DNA of 34,088 bases from contig LJUF01000001.1 in the NCBI GenBank assembly GCA_001303665.1, positions 1 to 34,088 on the forward strand, read 5' to 3'. The notes under the pieces are model-generated. The model had not been told where the DNA came from. It saw nothing but the letters and a program-made list of their open reading frames with translations, and ran no database searches. The DNA is from Phycisphaerae bacterium SM23_33. GTDB lineage: Bacteria; Planctomycetota; Phycisphaerae; SM23-33. The translations under genes and the position numbers were made by a program. This document shows positions 5,573 to 13,905 of this stretch, piece by piece. Position 1 is the first letter of the stretch. Each line of letters opens with the position of its first letter.

Positions 5573-6244
5573 TCATCTCCTACCAACCGTTGGTTTAACA
5601 TAACGCCCATCTATGAGCAACCTTCTTATGTCAGGGTCTAAAGATTGGCGATATAGTAAAGTTCCCAACTCACTTGAAGCTAAGACATCAGACATAGCGC
5701 TTTGGAAACGTTTATACCACCTGCTCGACTGCATCAGCGCCGCTTCCTTGATGTCGTAAGGCACGCTGGCCGCGAAGCCCCACCTGGCCGTGATGCGGCA
5801 AGTCGGCGCGCCCCTGCTCACGTCCGTCAGCGGCCTGAACCCGCCCTTTGAGGTGTACTTCCCCGAAGTGAAAACCGAATAATCCCCCGTCGGGTCCACC
5901 ATGACCATGTCGTAAGGCGTGCTGTTGAAGTCCGGCGCCTGCGGGTCGCCGGAGCAGGCGATCCAGTCCGCCGCGGCCCAGGCTTCGTAGTCGTCGTCGG
6001 CGGCCGAGTCTTTCACCTCGACCAGGGTGACGGACACGCACTCGTCGATGTAGAGGTACGGCCTGCCCGTCCCGGCGTAGATGCGGGCGCTGGCCGTCGC
6101 GTCGGCCTCGAAACCGTCTGGCCGGTTGCAGGCGCGGTTGATGTTGCGCTCCGCCGCCGCGATGAGCGCCGTCAGCGTGGCGTCGTCCGCCGCGCTGGTC
6201 TTGTCTATGCGGGCGCGTAGCTCGACTGCTGTGGCGTACGCCAT
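5573..6244 (-). CDS. Head-tail connector protein (gp6-like N-terminus, extended)
   Basis: MAYATAVELRARIDKTSAADDATLTALIAAAERNINRACNR is typical of the gp6-like head-tail connector / DNA-packaging family. ATG with GGAGG-N7. At 223 aa it is longer than the usual ~110 aa. Confidence 0.7.
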   Translation of the reverse strand: MAYATAVELRARIDKTSAADDATLTALIAAAERNINRACNRPDGFEADATASARIYAGTGRPYLYIDECVSVTLVEVKDSAADDDYEAWAAADWIACSGDPQAPDFNSTPYDMVMVDPTGDYSVFTSGKYTSKGGFRPLTDVSRGAPTCRITARWGFAASVPYDIKEAALMQSSRWYKRFQSAMSDVLASSELGTLLYRQSLDPDIRRLLIDGRYVKPTVGRR

Positions 6245-6256
6245 GTCGTGTCCCTC

Positions 6257-7186
6257 CTAGCGGTGCTCCCCGTACCACTGCACCGTCTTGCGCAGGCCCT
6301 CCAGCAAGGGCGTCCTGGCCTCCCACCCGATGGCGGCCTTGGCCCGGCTGGAGTCCAGCACGCGCCGGGGCTGGCCGTCCGGCCTGGACGTGTCCCATTT
6401 CACGCCGCCCTCGAAGCCCGTCGCGCCCTGGACGTAGTGGACGAGGGCGTCGATGCGCACCTCCTGCCCGCTGCCCAAATTCAGGGGCTCCGGCCTGTCG
6501 TACCTCTCGGCGGCCAGCACCAGCCCCTCGGCGGCGTCTTCGACGTACAAAAAGTCCCGTGACGGCTTGCCCGTGCCCCACACGACGATGTGGTCCTCGC
6601 CCCGCTCCCTGGCCTCGACGCACTTGCGGACGAGCGCCGGGACGACGTGGCTGGTCTCCAGGTCGAAGTTGTCGCGCGGCCCGTACAGGTTCGTCGGCAA
6701 CAGGTATATGCCGTTCATGCCATACTGCTCCCGGTACGCCTGCAATTGCACCAGGAGCATCTTCTTGGCCAGTCCGTAAGGGGCGTTGGTCGGGTCGGGG
6801 TAGCCGGACCACAACGCTTCTTCCCTCTGTTTGTACTCAGCCCGCGGATAAGCACAAACTGTCCCAACTTGGACGAACTTCTCGACGCCGTTCAGCCGGG
6901 CCTGCTCGACGAGCTGGATGCCCATGACGGCGTTCTCGTAAAACAACGTGCCGGGAGACTCTTTATTCAGCCCAATGCCACCCACTACCGCCGCCAGGTG
7001 GAACAGCACGTCCACCGGTCCCGCGTCCAGGAACATCTCAGAGACGCCCGACGGGTAACGCAGGTCGTACCGCGCCGACCGGGGCACGAAGGGCTCGCAG
7101 CCCTCCGCCTTCAGCCTGTCGCAGAGGTGGGAACCAAGGAACCCTGCCCCACCCGTCACGACGACGTTTTTGCCTCTCCAGTCCAT
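6257..7186 (-). CDS. GDP-L-fucose synthase-like NAD(P)-dependent epimerase/reductase (SDR)
   Basis: VVVTGGAGFLGSHL Rossmann motif and YGLAKK (YxxxK). NLYGPRDNFDLETSHVVPALVRK and WGTGKPSRDFLYVEDAAEG resemble Fcl/WcaG signatures. Confidence 0.7.
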   Translation of the reverse strand: MDWRGKNVVVTGGAGFLGSHLCDRLKAEGCEPFVPRSARYDLRYPSGVSEMFLDAGPVDVLFHLAAVVGGIGLNKESPGTLFYENAVMGIQLVEQARLNGVEKFVQVGTVCAYPRAEYKQREEALWSGYPDPTNAPYGLAKKMLLVQLQAYREQYGMNGIYLLPTNLYGPRDNFDLETSHVVPALVRKCVEARERGEDHIVVWGTGKPSRDFLYVEDAAEGLVLAAERYDRPEPLNLGSGQEVRIDALVHYVQGATGFEGGVKWDTSRPDGQPRRVLDSSRAKAAIGWEARTPLLEGLRKTVQWYGEHR

Positions 7187-7722
7187 CGAAATACCCCCAG
7201 CCTCGGATGCACCTCAATCGGTTTCCCCAGGAGCTCGTTGGCCGCCTGGGAAACGCCTATCTGCCCCTCGTCCTCCCCCGTGTAGTCGTGCAGGCAAACG
7301 TAGCCCTCGACGTGCGGCAGCCAGGCCAGCAGGTCGGCCTTGACTTTGTCGTAGAAGTGAGAGGCGTCGTGGAACAGCAGGCTCACCTTCGGCCCCCGCC
7401 AGTCCAGCCCCGCCCGCGTCGAGTCGCTCTTGACGATCCTGACCCATTGGCCCAGGCCCAGGCGCTCGACGTTGGCCTTGGTCGAGTCGAAGTCGGGCGT
7501 CACGTAGCCGGGGTTGGCCGGGTCGAAGTCGTCCACGCCGTAGACGACCTTGTCCGTGCCCTGGCAGGCCAGGGCCAGGGCGCACAGGCTGCGCCCCTGG
7601 CAGACGCCCAGCTCCACGACGACCGCGCCGCCCGGCAGGGCGGCCACCAGGCGCTGCAAGTATCCCAGTTCCAGGCCCATCGTCTGGCCGCTGACCGACT
7701 CCCAAGCATCAGGATGTTGCAC
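7156..7722 (-). CDS. Class I SAM-dependent methyltransferase
   Basis: VVELGVCQGRS motif I, then LLFHDASH...AWLPHVEGYVCLHDY. Paralog of 18574..19098. GTG start with GGAGGA SD. Confidence 0.65.
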   Translation of the reverse strand: MQHPDAWESVSGQTMGLELGYLQRLVAALPGGAVVVELGVCQGRSLCALALACQGTDKVVYGVDDFDPANPGYVTPDFDSTKANVERLGLGQWVRIVKSDSTRAGLDWRGPKVSLLFHDASHFYDKVKADLLAWLPHVEGYVCLHDYTGEDEGQIGVSQAANELLGKPIEVHPRLGVFRWTGEAKTSS

Positions 7723-8248
7723 CGGCCTTCCTCCAAAACGTCGCTTGCCAAGGGTAATCGTTGTACGGCCCCGGCCCGAAGAAGCAGCGTTCCCCCCAAC
7801 CGGATACGTCGAAATGCTCCAAGTAATAAGCCCGATCCGAGTTGTCCAATACCAGCCAGCCGCCCGGTTTGACCTTGGCCTTGGCGTGGCGCAGGCACGA
7901 CGGCCTGGCCCTGCCGTCCACGAAGACCAGGTCGAACGGCTCGAAATCGTCTATGGCCGAGGCGTAGCGCCTGAAATTCTTGCCCGGATAGGATTCGCTG
8001 TAATAATGCTCCGGCTTGGCGGGGTCCGTCCCCAACTCGCCGTCTTCGGGAGGGATGAAAAGAGCCGTGACGTTTTCCAGGTCGGGCTGAAGCTCCCCGT
8101 GCTCGTGCTCGACGGTGACCACCGAAGCTACCCTCTCGGCGAAATAGACGGTGCTGCCGCCGGAGCCCCACTCGAAGACGCGCATGTCCGGCGTCAAAAT
8201 GCTGTCCAAGAACTCTTGGGCGACGTAAGGAATCCAAGGAACGGCCAT
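7709..8248 (-). CDS. Class I SAM-dependent methyltransferase-like protein
   Basis: VFEWGSGGSTVYFA (motif I-like) and DLVFVDGRAR. ATG 8248 overlaps the upstream stop (TGATG). Confidence 0.55.
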   Translation of the reverse strand: MAVPWIPYVAQEFLDSILTPDMRVFEWGSGGSTVYFAERVASVVTVEHEHGELQPDLENVTALFIPPEDGELGTDPAKPEHYYSESYPGKNFRRYASAIDDFEPFDLVFVDGRARPSCLRHAKAKVKPGGWLVLDNSDRAYYLEHFDVSGWGERCFFGPGPYNDYPWQATFWRKAGATS

Positions 8249-8865
8249 CACGCCTTCTCGAAAATGTACGTCGCTTGGGGATGCTCCGTCCAATACTCCC
8301 GCCAAACCGCGCTCAACCCCCGCTCCTCGTAGAAGTTCAGCAGTTCCCGCTCATTGTGGACGTGGGTGTACGTCGGCTGGCCGGGGTAGCCGGTCGTGTC
8401 GTTGCGCACGGTCGGCCCCCCGTGGACGCGGACGCGGTGCAAGACGAGCTTGCCTGTCAGTGTTTGACATAATGCCTCACTACCCCTGGCCCAATCGTCC
8501 ATGACCTCTATGAGACTGGAGGCCAGCACCACGTCGTGTCCGGCGTAGTCGTGGCCCACCATGTCGGCCACGAAGAACTCGCGCCCTGGCCACAGCCTTC
8601 TGGCCTCGTCCACCATATGAGGCGAGAAGTCGAAACCGGTATACCGGACGCGGGGATAGCGCCGGGCCAGGACCTCCGAGTAATGTCCCACCCCGCAACC
8701 GGCGTCCAAGAGGGTCGCCGCCCCGCCCAGTCGCTCCATCGCCCTCAGGAAATACTTGAACGGCGGGTGGGTCTCCCAATCCGGCTTGGCCAGGTCCTCC
8801 AGGGCCAGCGCCCCCATCGCCTCCGCCACCCCCGCGTCCAGCCAACTCTTGTAAGGGTCTACCAT
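8248..8865 (-). CDS. Class I SAM-dependent methyltransferase (Methyltransf_11/25-like)
   Basis: LLDAGCGVGHYS motif I, followed by YTGFDFSPHMV and VVLASSLIEV. Confidence 0.75.
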   Translation of the reverse strand: MVDPYKSWLDAGVAEAMGALALEDLAKPDWETHPPFKYFLRAMERLGGAATLLDAGCGVGHYSEVLARRYPRVRYTGFDFSPHMVDEARRLWPGREFFVADMVGHDYAGHDVVLASSLIEVMDDWARGSEALCQTLTGKLVLHRVRVHGGPTVRNDTTGYPGQPTYTHVHNERELLNFYEERGLSAVWREYWTEHPQATYIFEKA

Positions 8866-9695
8866 TTCGACTGCGCCCCCCTGATGGCCGCCACGTAAGG
8901 CTTATAAACGTGCTCGCGCTGCCAACCGCTCACCTCGTAGGTGCTGGGGTACATCTGATTCTCTCCCTGGAAACCGTGATAGTGCCACCACAGGAGCGGC
9001 TCGCCGCCCACGCGGACCTGGCCGTCCTCGACGGAATACCTGCGGTGCTCCGCATTCCACGGGGCGCGGTTGGCCCCTGGGTGCTGAATGGCGTGGACGT
9101 GCCACCGCTTCTCAAGAACGCTGTCCCAGTATTTCTGGTCGCAGAATCTCTCTGGGTGGTCGGGCTCGTGCCGGAGGTAGCACCATTCTAGGCAGAGCCG
9201 CCGCCACTCCCCGATGCAGGCCAGCCCGTCGTCGTCTCTCTTGGCGTGGACCAGGCCGACGTTGTACTTGCCGTTGCGCTCGAACCCCTTCAGCCTGGGC
9301 GGGAAGTCGTGCGGCGTGATGGCCAGGGAACGGCCGCCTATCTCTTGGAAAACCGGCTCCGGATCGGCGAAGAACATGATGTCGGCGTCCAGGTAGTTGA
9401 CGTGGTCCACCGGGCCGTTCCTGAGCACGAACAGCATCCAGCCGGGCGTGCAAGTCCAGTAGAACTCCCGCAGGCTCCTGGTGGCTCGCGCGGCCCGCAG
9501 CGCGTCGTCCTCGAAGCTGGCCATGCCGATGATGCTGACGTTCGGCAAGGCCAACTTGACCAGGCCGTTCACGACGGCGTCGTCGAGGGCCAGGACCCAC
9601 AGGTGGTATTCCGGGCAATGGCGCTCCAGCGACTCCCACAGAACATAGCCTTTGTGACGGTAGGCCCAGTCGAAGTAAGTGCAAAAGTACCTCAA
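8859..9695 (-). CDS. Glycosyltransferase, GT-A fold (GT8-like, DXD)
   Basis: YLDADIMFF DXD motif, YNVGLV, and CDQKYW. The likely start is TTG 9695 (GAGGAG-N6) overlapping the upstream stop as TTGA. The ORF track maximum is 9773. Confidence 0.6.
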   Translation of the reverse strand: MRYFCTYFDWAYRHKGYVLWESLERHCPEYHLWVLALDDAVVNGLVKLALPNVSIIGMASFEDDALRAARATRSLREFYWTCTPGWMLFVLRNGPVDHVNYLDADIMFFADPEPVFQEIGGRSLAITPHDFPPRLKGFERNGKYNVGLVHAKRDDDGLACIGEWRRLCLEWCYLRHEPDHPERFCDQKYWDSVLEKRWHVHAIQHPGANRAPWNAEHRRYSVEDGQVRVGGEPLLWWHYHGFQGENQMYPSTYEVSGWQREHVYKPYVAAIRGAQSKW

Positions 9696-10321
9696 CCTAA
9701 ACTCCTCGCGTACTCTAAATCGCCTGGGGTATTGACGTTCACCGCATGGCCCTGGGTGAGAACAAGCTGGCAACCTATAAACCCGAATGTCGCACTGAGC
9801 TCAGTGAATTTTGAAATCGTAGGAATTCTATCTAGCGTCGGCCTGGATAGGTGAGCTACCCCACCAAACGAAAAACCTCTTGGGTCTGGAGGTGTTGCGA
9901 CACTGGCCCTGACCGCAACACCCTCTTCAAAATACAGGCGTGTCCCCCGCCCATCGTATGGTTTCACAACGGCCACAGAATCTGGCTTGTCCAGAACGCA
10001 CTGCACTACTTCATTACTGATGAACATGTCAGCATAGGTCATTACTAAACTCTTCTCAAGTGGGAACATCTGTGATGCAAGATGAAGTGAGTACAGGCTG
10101 CCTGTCTCAAAATATTGACTGTTAAACACGTACGCCGCCCTAACCGCTTGCATGACCATCGTGGCTCGATAGCCCACGACAATAACTACATCAAGGCTAT
10201 TTCCCTTGAGAATGCGAATCTGTCTCTCAAGTATGGATTCATCCCCGACCTTCAACAACGACTTGGGCAGGGGGAATCCCATGCGTTCCCCCTTGCCAGC
10301 GGCAAGCACGATGGCCTTCAT
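9692..10321 (-). CDS. Nucleotidyltransferase (LicC/PntC/sugar-1-P NTP-transferase class)
   Basis: MKAIVLAAGKGERMGFPLPKSLL is the GXGXR signature of the NTP_transferase family. ATG 10321 forms an ATGA overlap with the upstream stop. About 45% GC. Confidence 0.7.
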   Translation of the reverse strand: MKAIVLAAGKGERMGFPLPKSLLKVGDESILERQIRILKGNSLDVVIVVGYRATMVMQAVRAAYVFNSQYFETGSLYSLHLASQMFPLEKSLVMTYADMFISNEVVQCVLDKPDSVAVVKPYDGRGTRLYFEEGVAVRASVATPPDPRGFSFGGVAHLSRPTLDRIPTISKFTELSATFGFIGCQLVLTQGHAVNVNTPGDLEYARSLG

Positions 10322-11037
10322 CTGTGCGACTTGCACCTCCTGCAAATGTCAAGGAATCTGTCGCCAACCGAAAGCCGGTTGTACGTCTCCCGAACCCGTG
10401 AAGAAAACAGAATCTCCTCAAGCGTCCCGTCAGTGAGGCTCCCGAAAGTGTGGCGGTACTTCCAATCCATGCAGCAAAGTCCGACCTCGGCGTCCCGCGT
10501 GATGACGACTTGGCCCAGCGGTGCCCGACACGGAACGTTGCGATCCACATACGGTGCCGCATAAATCTTCAACCTGTCGTCCAAGCCCCCGCGATCCATG
10601 TAAGTGACGCCCGGCCAATCCCTGGCCTCCACGTCGCCGTACAGAGTCACGACGATGTGGTTCACCCCCGCCTCCATAAGCTCTTGGGCCAGACCCCGTG
10701 TCAGGTAGTGCCCGTTAGTCTCGATAATGACCTGTGACTCCGGGCAACAGTCTTTAGCCTTGCCTATGAACAGAAACAGGCGCGGGTCAATCAGGGGCTC
10801 GTTGTATTGGTTGAAATAAATCTTGCCGCCATAGCCGTACTTCCCCAGCGTCTTAAGAACGCCATATACCGTTTCCATAGAGATGATCTTGGGCTCCCTG
10901 ACCCGCCAGGTCGAAGCCATTTCCAGATGCAACGGACATTTCTTGTGAAGCCACGAATACTGGCACAGGTTCGACAGCTCTATGGCGACGCCGGTCGTGA
11001 ACTCGAAGGGATTCACAGAACCCTCGCCCTGAGCCAT
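10318..11037 (-). CDS. Radical SAM/SPASM-like protein with non-canonical N-terminal Cys motif
   Basis: Radical-SAM-like core blocks (IELSNLC, YNEPLIDP, IIETNGHYL, IVVTLYG) and a C-terminal SPASM/twitch-like Cys pattern (CRAPLG...GLCC...CRRC). Where CxxxCxxC is expected it has only CQYSWLHKKC. Confidence 0.5.
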   Translation of the reverse strand: MAQGEGSVNPFEFTTGVAIELSNLCQYSWLHKKCPLHLEMASTWRVREPKIISMETVYGVLKTLGKYGYGGKIYFNQYNEPLIDPRLFLFIGKAKDCCPESQVIIETNGHYLTRGLAQELMEAGVNHIVVTLYGDVEARDWPGVTYMDRGGLDDRLKIYAAPYVDRNVPCRAPLGQVVITRDAEVGLCCMDWKYRHTFGSLTDGTLEEILFSSRVRETYNRLSVGDRFLDICRRCKSHR

Positions 11038-11756
11038 CGGCTCGTCAAGTCAAGCGACAGGACTACGAACAAGATGATGCAGATGATCATGCTCGTCTTG
11101 CCATAGTCGAACAATCCCATAGAGGCTGTCAATTCCAGCCCCAATCCACCCGCTCCGGCCACGCCCAGCAACGTGGCCTGCCGGAAACTGGACTCGAAAC
11201 GGTAGAGCAGGAAGGACAACGCGGCGTTGGCTTGCGCTGGCAGAAAGATGTATACGTAGCCTTGAAACTTGTTCGCGCCGTCTATGGCGGCGGCGTCCAT
11301 GATCTCCGGCTCCGTCGCTTCCAGATTCTCGGACAGTAGCTTCCCAAGCACGCCGCCGGAATAAATCCACACGCCCATTATCCCGGCGAGCGAGCCGAGC
11401 CCGACGGCGGCCACGAAAAGGATGCCCAGGATCATGGCGGGGATACTGCGCATGGCAAGCAGCATGGTCCGCCCGCACAGGTACACAATCCAGTTCTGCG
11501 TCATGTTCCAACTGGCCGCCCATGCCAGTGGGATTGCCGAGAGAAAACCCAGCGTCGTGCCGAACAGCGCGATCTTCGCCGTCTGCCAAAGCGCCGGCAG
11601 GAGACCGGGCAACGCCCGGAAATCGGGGGGCCACAGCTTGGACAGATACCGCAGTATCCTCGGCATCCCCGTGCATATCTCGAACGCATCCCCGCTGAAT
11701 ATCATGGCGGCAAGGAGCAAGATAGTAAGCCATGAAAGGAATCGGGCCGCGGTCAT
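11013..11756 (-). CDS. phnE: PhnE-like ABC transporter permease (phosphonate/phosphite family)
   Basis: Multi-TM protein with RSIPAMILGILFVAAVGLGSLAGIMG, GKLLSENLEA and AAAIDGANKF blocks resembling PhnE. ATGA overlap with phnD. Confidence 0.65.
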   Translation of the reverse strand: MTAARFLSWLTILLLAAMIFSGDAFEICTGMPRILRYLSKLWPPDFRALPGLLPALWQTAKIALFGTTLGFLSAIPLAWAASWNMTQNWIVYLCGRTMLLAMRSIPAMILGILFVAAVGLGSLAGIMGVWIYSGGVLGKLLSENLEATEPEIMDAAAIDGANKFQGYVYIFLPAQANAALSFLLYRFESSFRQATLLGVAGAGGLGLELTASMGLFDYGKTSMIICIILFVVLSLDLTSRWLRARVL

Positions 11757-12601
11757 TCAACCAAGCCCTCTTCCATCAGGACGCGGACGTAGTCGTAGTC
11801 GGAATCTGCCCCTGGCACGAACCCCTTGACTTGGTCGCACCCGGCGAACGCTTCATCTGAAAGGCTGAGCAATGCATTTCTAACACGTTCTTTCAGTCTG
11901 GAATCCATGTCCGCCCTGACTCCCCAGCAATTCATGGGAATGGGCGGCGTGGTCGCCAAAATCACAAAGTCCTCGCCCGGCACCCCCGCCCCCTGGCTGA
12001 CGGCCAGATTGGTCCGCCAGTCGTTCGTGCCGCCAGCGTCCACGCTGCCCGCGACGACAGCCTCCAGCACGGCTGGGTGGCTACCGAGAAACCCATACTC
12101 GGCCAAGTCATCCAACTCAATGCCATTCTCCTTCATGTTGACCACGTTGGACAGGTAACCAGACGTGGAGCCGATGTCGGGGAAGGCCATCGTCTTACCC
12201 TTGAGTTGGTTGAATGTGAACGGTTCGTCCCAGATACCGGGGCGACCGATGATGATGCCGTGACACTCGGCGATGCCCTCCGGGTTGATCTCTCTCACCA
12301 AGGGCTCAACGCCGATCTGCTCATGAGCCTGGATATAGGGCATCCCACCCAGGCGGGCCATGTCCGCCGTGCCGTTGGCCAGTGCCTCGACCACGGCTGC
12401 GTATTCCGTCGTAGTCTGCATCTCTACGTCCACGCCTAGTTTTTCCTCCAGCTCTGCGATGACGCCGCCATAAGCGGCTATGGCCGTAGCCGAATCAATG
12501 CCCGGCGCGGGCGAGAACACAATACGAAGCGTCTCTCTCCGCGTTGGCGCACATGCGGCCAACACCAGGACCAGCAATACAAAGGATTTCCTAAAATTCA
12601 T
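11753..12601 (-). CDS. phnD: PhnD-like substrate-binding lipoprotein (phosphonate/phosphite ABC family)
   Basis: Lipobox signal (LVLAAC), RIVFSP, YAAVVEALANGTADMARLG, and PDIGSTSGYL, all typical of the Phosphonate-bd family. Confidence 0.65.
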   Translation of the reverse strand: MNFRKSFVLLVLVLAACAPTRRETLRIVFSPAPGIDSATAIAAYGGVIAELEEKLGVDVEMQTTTEYAAVVEALANGTADMARLGGMPYIQAHEQIGVEPLVREINPEGIAECHGIIIGRPGIWDEPFTFNQLKGKTMAFPDIGSTSGYLSNVVNMKENGIELDDLAEYGFLGSHPAVLEAVVAGSVDAGGTNDWRTNLAVSQGAGVPGEDFVILATTPPIPMNCWGVRADMDSRLKERVRNALLSLSDEAFAGCDQVKGFVPGADSDYDYVRVLMEEGLVE

Positions 12602-13229
12602 AACCGAACCTCCTTATCAATTCCCCGTCCATCCGGGCCACCAACGCCTTGCTTTCTTCGTTGTAATACTCTTGGTATGGATGCACTGCTTCCCAACGTG
12701 TGCGCTTTAAGTTGGGATCCGGGTGCCTGTCAACCCTGGCAGTGCCGACACTTCTTATAATTTGATCCGCTTCCTCCGCTGTGACCAAGTCTGGCACGAT
12801 GCCGACTTTGGCAAAGACCGGGACGATACCGCTATACCAGTCTTCCATACGCACGATGTAATCCGCCTTGTCGGCCTGCATCATTTCCCAATAGATGGTC
12901 AGCGACACACACGAGCCGTGGCGTTTTTGCGAAACCAATTTCACATATTCATTGAAGTCCCCCTGAAAATGCGTGTAATCAACGACGCGAACCCACGACC
13001 AGAAGGCGACGTACCATGACCACGGATTGCGTATGAAGGCGATGGCTGGCGGGACCAGCAACCCGCGACTGGTGTACGTCTCAGCTAAATGCTTGTAAGC
13101 CAAATGTTTTGCCTTCACAGCCCCTATCGGCTTTAATCCATGCTTTCGCAACTCTCTCAGGATGCGATCAAAAGCAGTTCCGCCGCATCGCGTCACATGA
13201 AGGTGTATCAGTCTATCGTGCGTGGGCAT
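12591..13229 (-). CDS. Sulfotransferase family protein (paralog 1)
   Basis: HLHVTRCGGTAF (5'-PSB-like P-loop) and FIRNPWSWYVAFW (3'-PB-like RNPxxRxxS class). ATG 13229 aligns with the paralog's start (MPTHDRL versus MLTDRL). C-terminal YYNEES...IRRFGYEF is shared with the paralog. Confidence 0.65.
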   Translation of the reverse strand: MPTHDRLIHLHVTRCGGTAFDRILRELRKHGLKPIGAVKAKHLAYKHLAETYTSRGLLVPPAIAFIRNPWSWYVAFWSWVRVVDYTHFQGDFNEYVKLVSQKRHGSCVSLTIYWEMMQADKADYIVRMEDWYSGIVPVFAKVGIVPDLVTAEEADQIIRSVGTARVDRHPDPNLKRTRWEAVHPYQEYYNEESKALVARMDGELIRRFGYEF

Positions 13230-13251
13230 TTCGGCGTTGAGGTCGTTGTAT

Positions 13252-13905
13252 TCAATCAAAGGTGTACCCAAAACCTTTTATTATAATCTCGTCCCACTCT
13301 TCCACCCAACGGCGGTTTTCTTCGGTGTAATATCTTTTGTAGTCGCCGGGCGGCTCTCCTTCGGGCGTCAATGCGGGGCGATAATGCCACTCTTGCGAGA
13401 TAAAATACCTGACGATCTCCTCGGCGGTCATTCGCTCGACGGGTCCCTGGCCGCAGGCGTCGTAAACGGCCATGACGTTGTCTCTTGCATACTTCAATAC
13501 AATGCGGACGATCTCATCGAATAGATTCTCGAACCGGATAACGTCATCGGCGTCATTCGCTCCCAGCCACTCCATTAGGCACCACGTCTGGGTACGAAAG
13601 TCCGGAAACCTTTCGCCTCTTCGTACCTCCTCCAGATATTCACTGAAGCTGCCAAAAAAACAGGTCATGGGGTGGCCCCTCACACGGCACCATCGCTCCA
13701 CGTACCATTCCCACGGATTGCGGACGATGGTTACCGCTGGCGGCATTGATATGCCAAGTTGCCTGACAAGAACCTTATACTCATCATAGGTTCCATGTTC
13801 CGGGTCGGCATAAATCAATATCCCCGGCAATCTTCTGAGAACCCCTGTCAAGACCTTCCCGCCTGAGCGTGGCGGACGCAGGACAGCCAATCGGTCAGTC
13901 AGCAT
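13252..13905 (-). CDS. Sulfotransferase family protein (paralog 2)
   Basis: LRPPRSGGKV, IVRNPWEWYVERW, and YYTEENRRWVEEWDEIIIKGFGYTF. Clearly paralogous to 12591..13229. Confidence 0.6.
   Translation of the reverse strand: MLTDRLAVLRPPRSGGKVLTGVLRRLPGILIYADPEHGTYDEYKVLVRQLGISMPPAVTIVRNPWEWYVERWCRVRGHPMTCFFGSFSEYLEEVRRGERFPDFRTQTWCLMEWLGANDADDVIRFENLFDEIVRIVLKYARDNVMAVYDACGQGPVERMTAEEIVRYFISQEWHYRPALTPEGEPPGDYKRYYTEENRRWVEEWDEIIIKGFGYTFD

Noticed and set aside
5712-6812. 366-aa minus-strand ORF spanning the connector and Fcl-like genes, plus similar off-frame ORFs (7500..8237, 17395..18060, 1829..2518 upstream part, N-terminal extensions of 13895..15436, 15070..16320, 18574..19644 and 20440..21675)
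   Set aside because: Their composition is junk-like (runs of R, G, P). The well-composed part begins at an internal start that is coupled to the upstream stop.
11013-12601. PhnD/PhnE taken as evidence that the window leaves the phage and enters host chromosome
   Set aside because: The genes are translationally coupled to their neighbours on both sides and are flanked by virion genes in the same orientation. Assembly chimerism remains the main alternative and is listed as a check.
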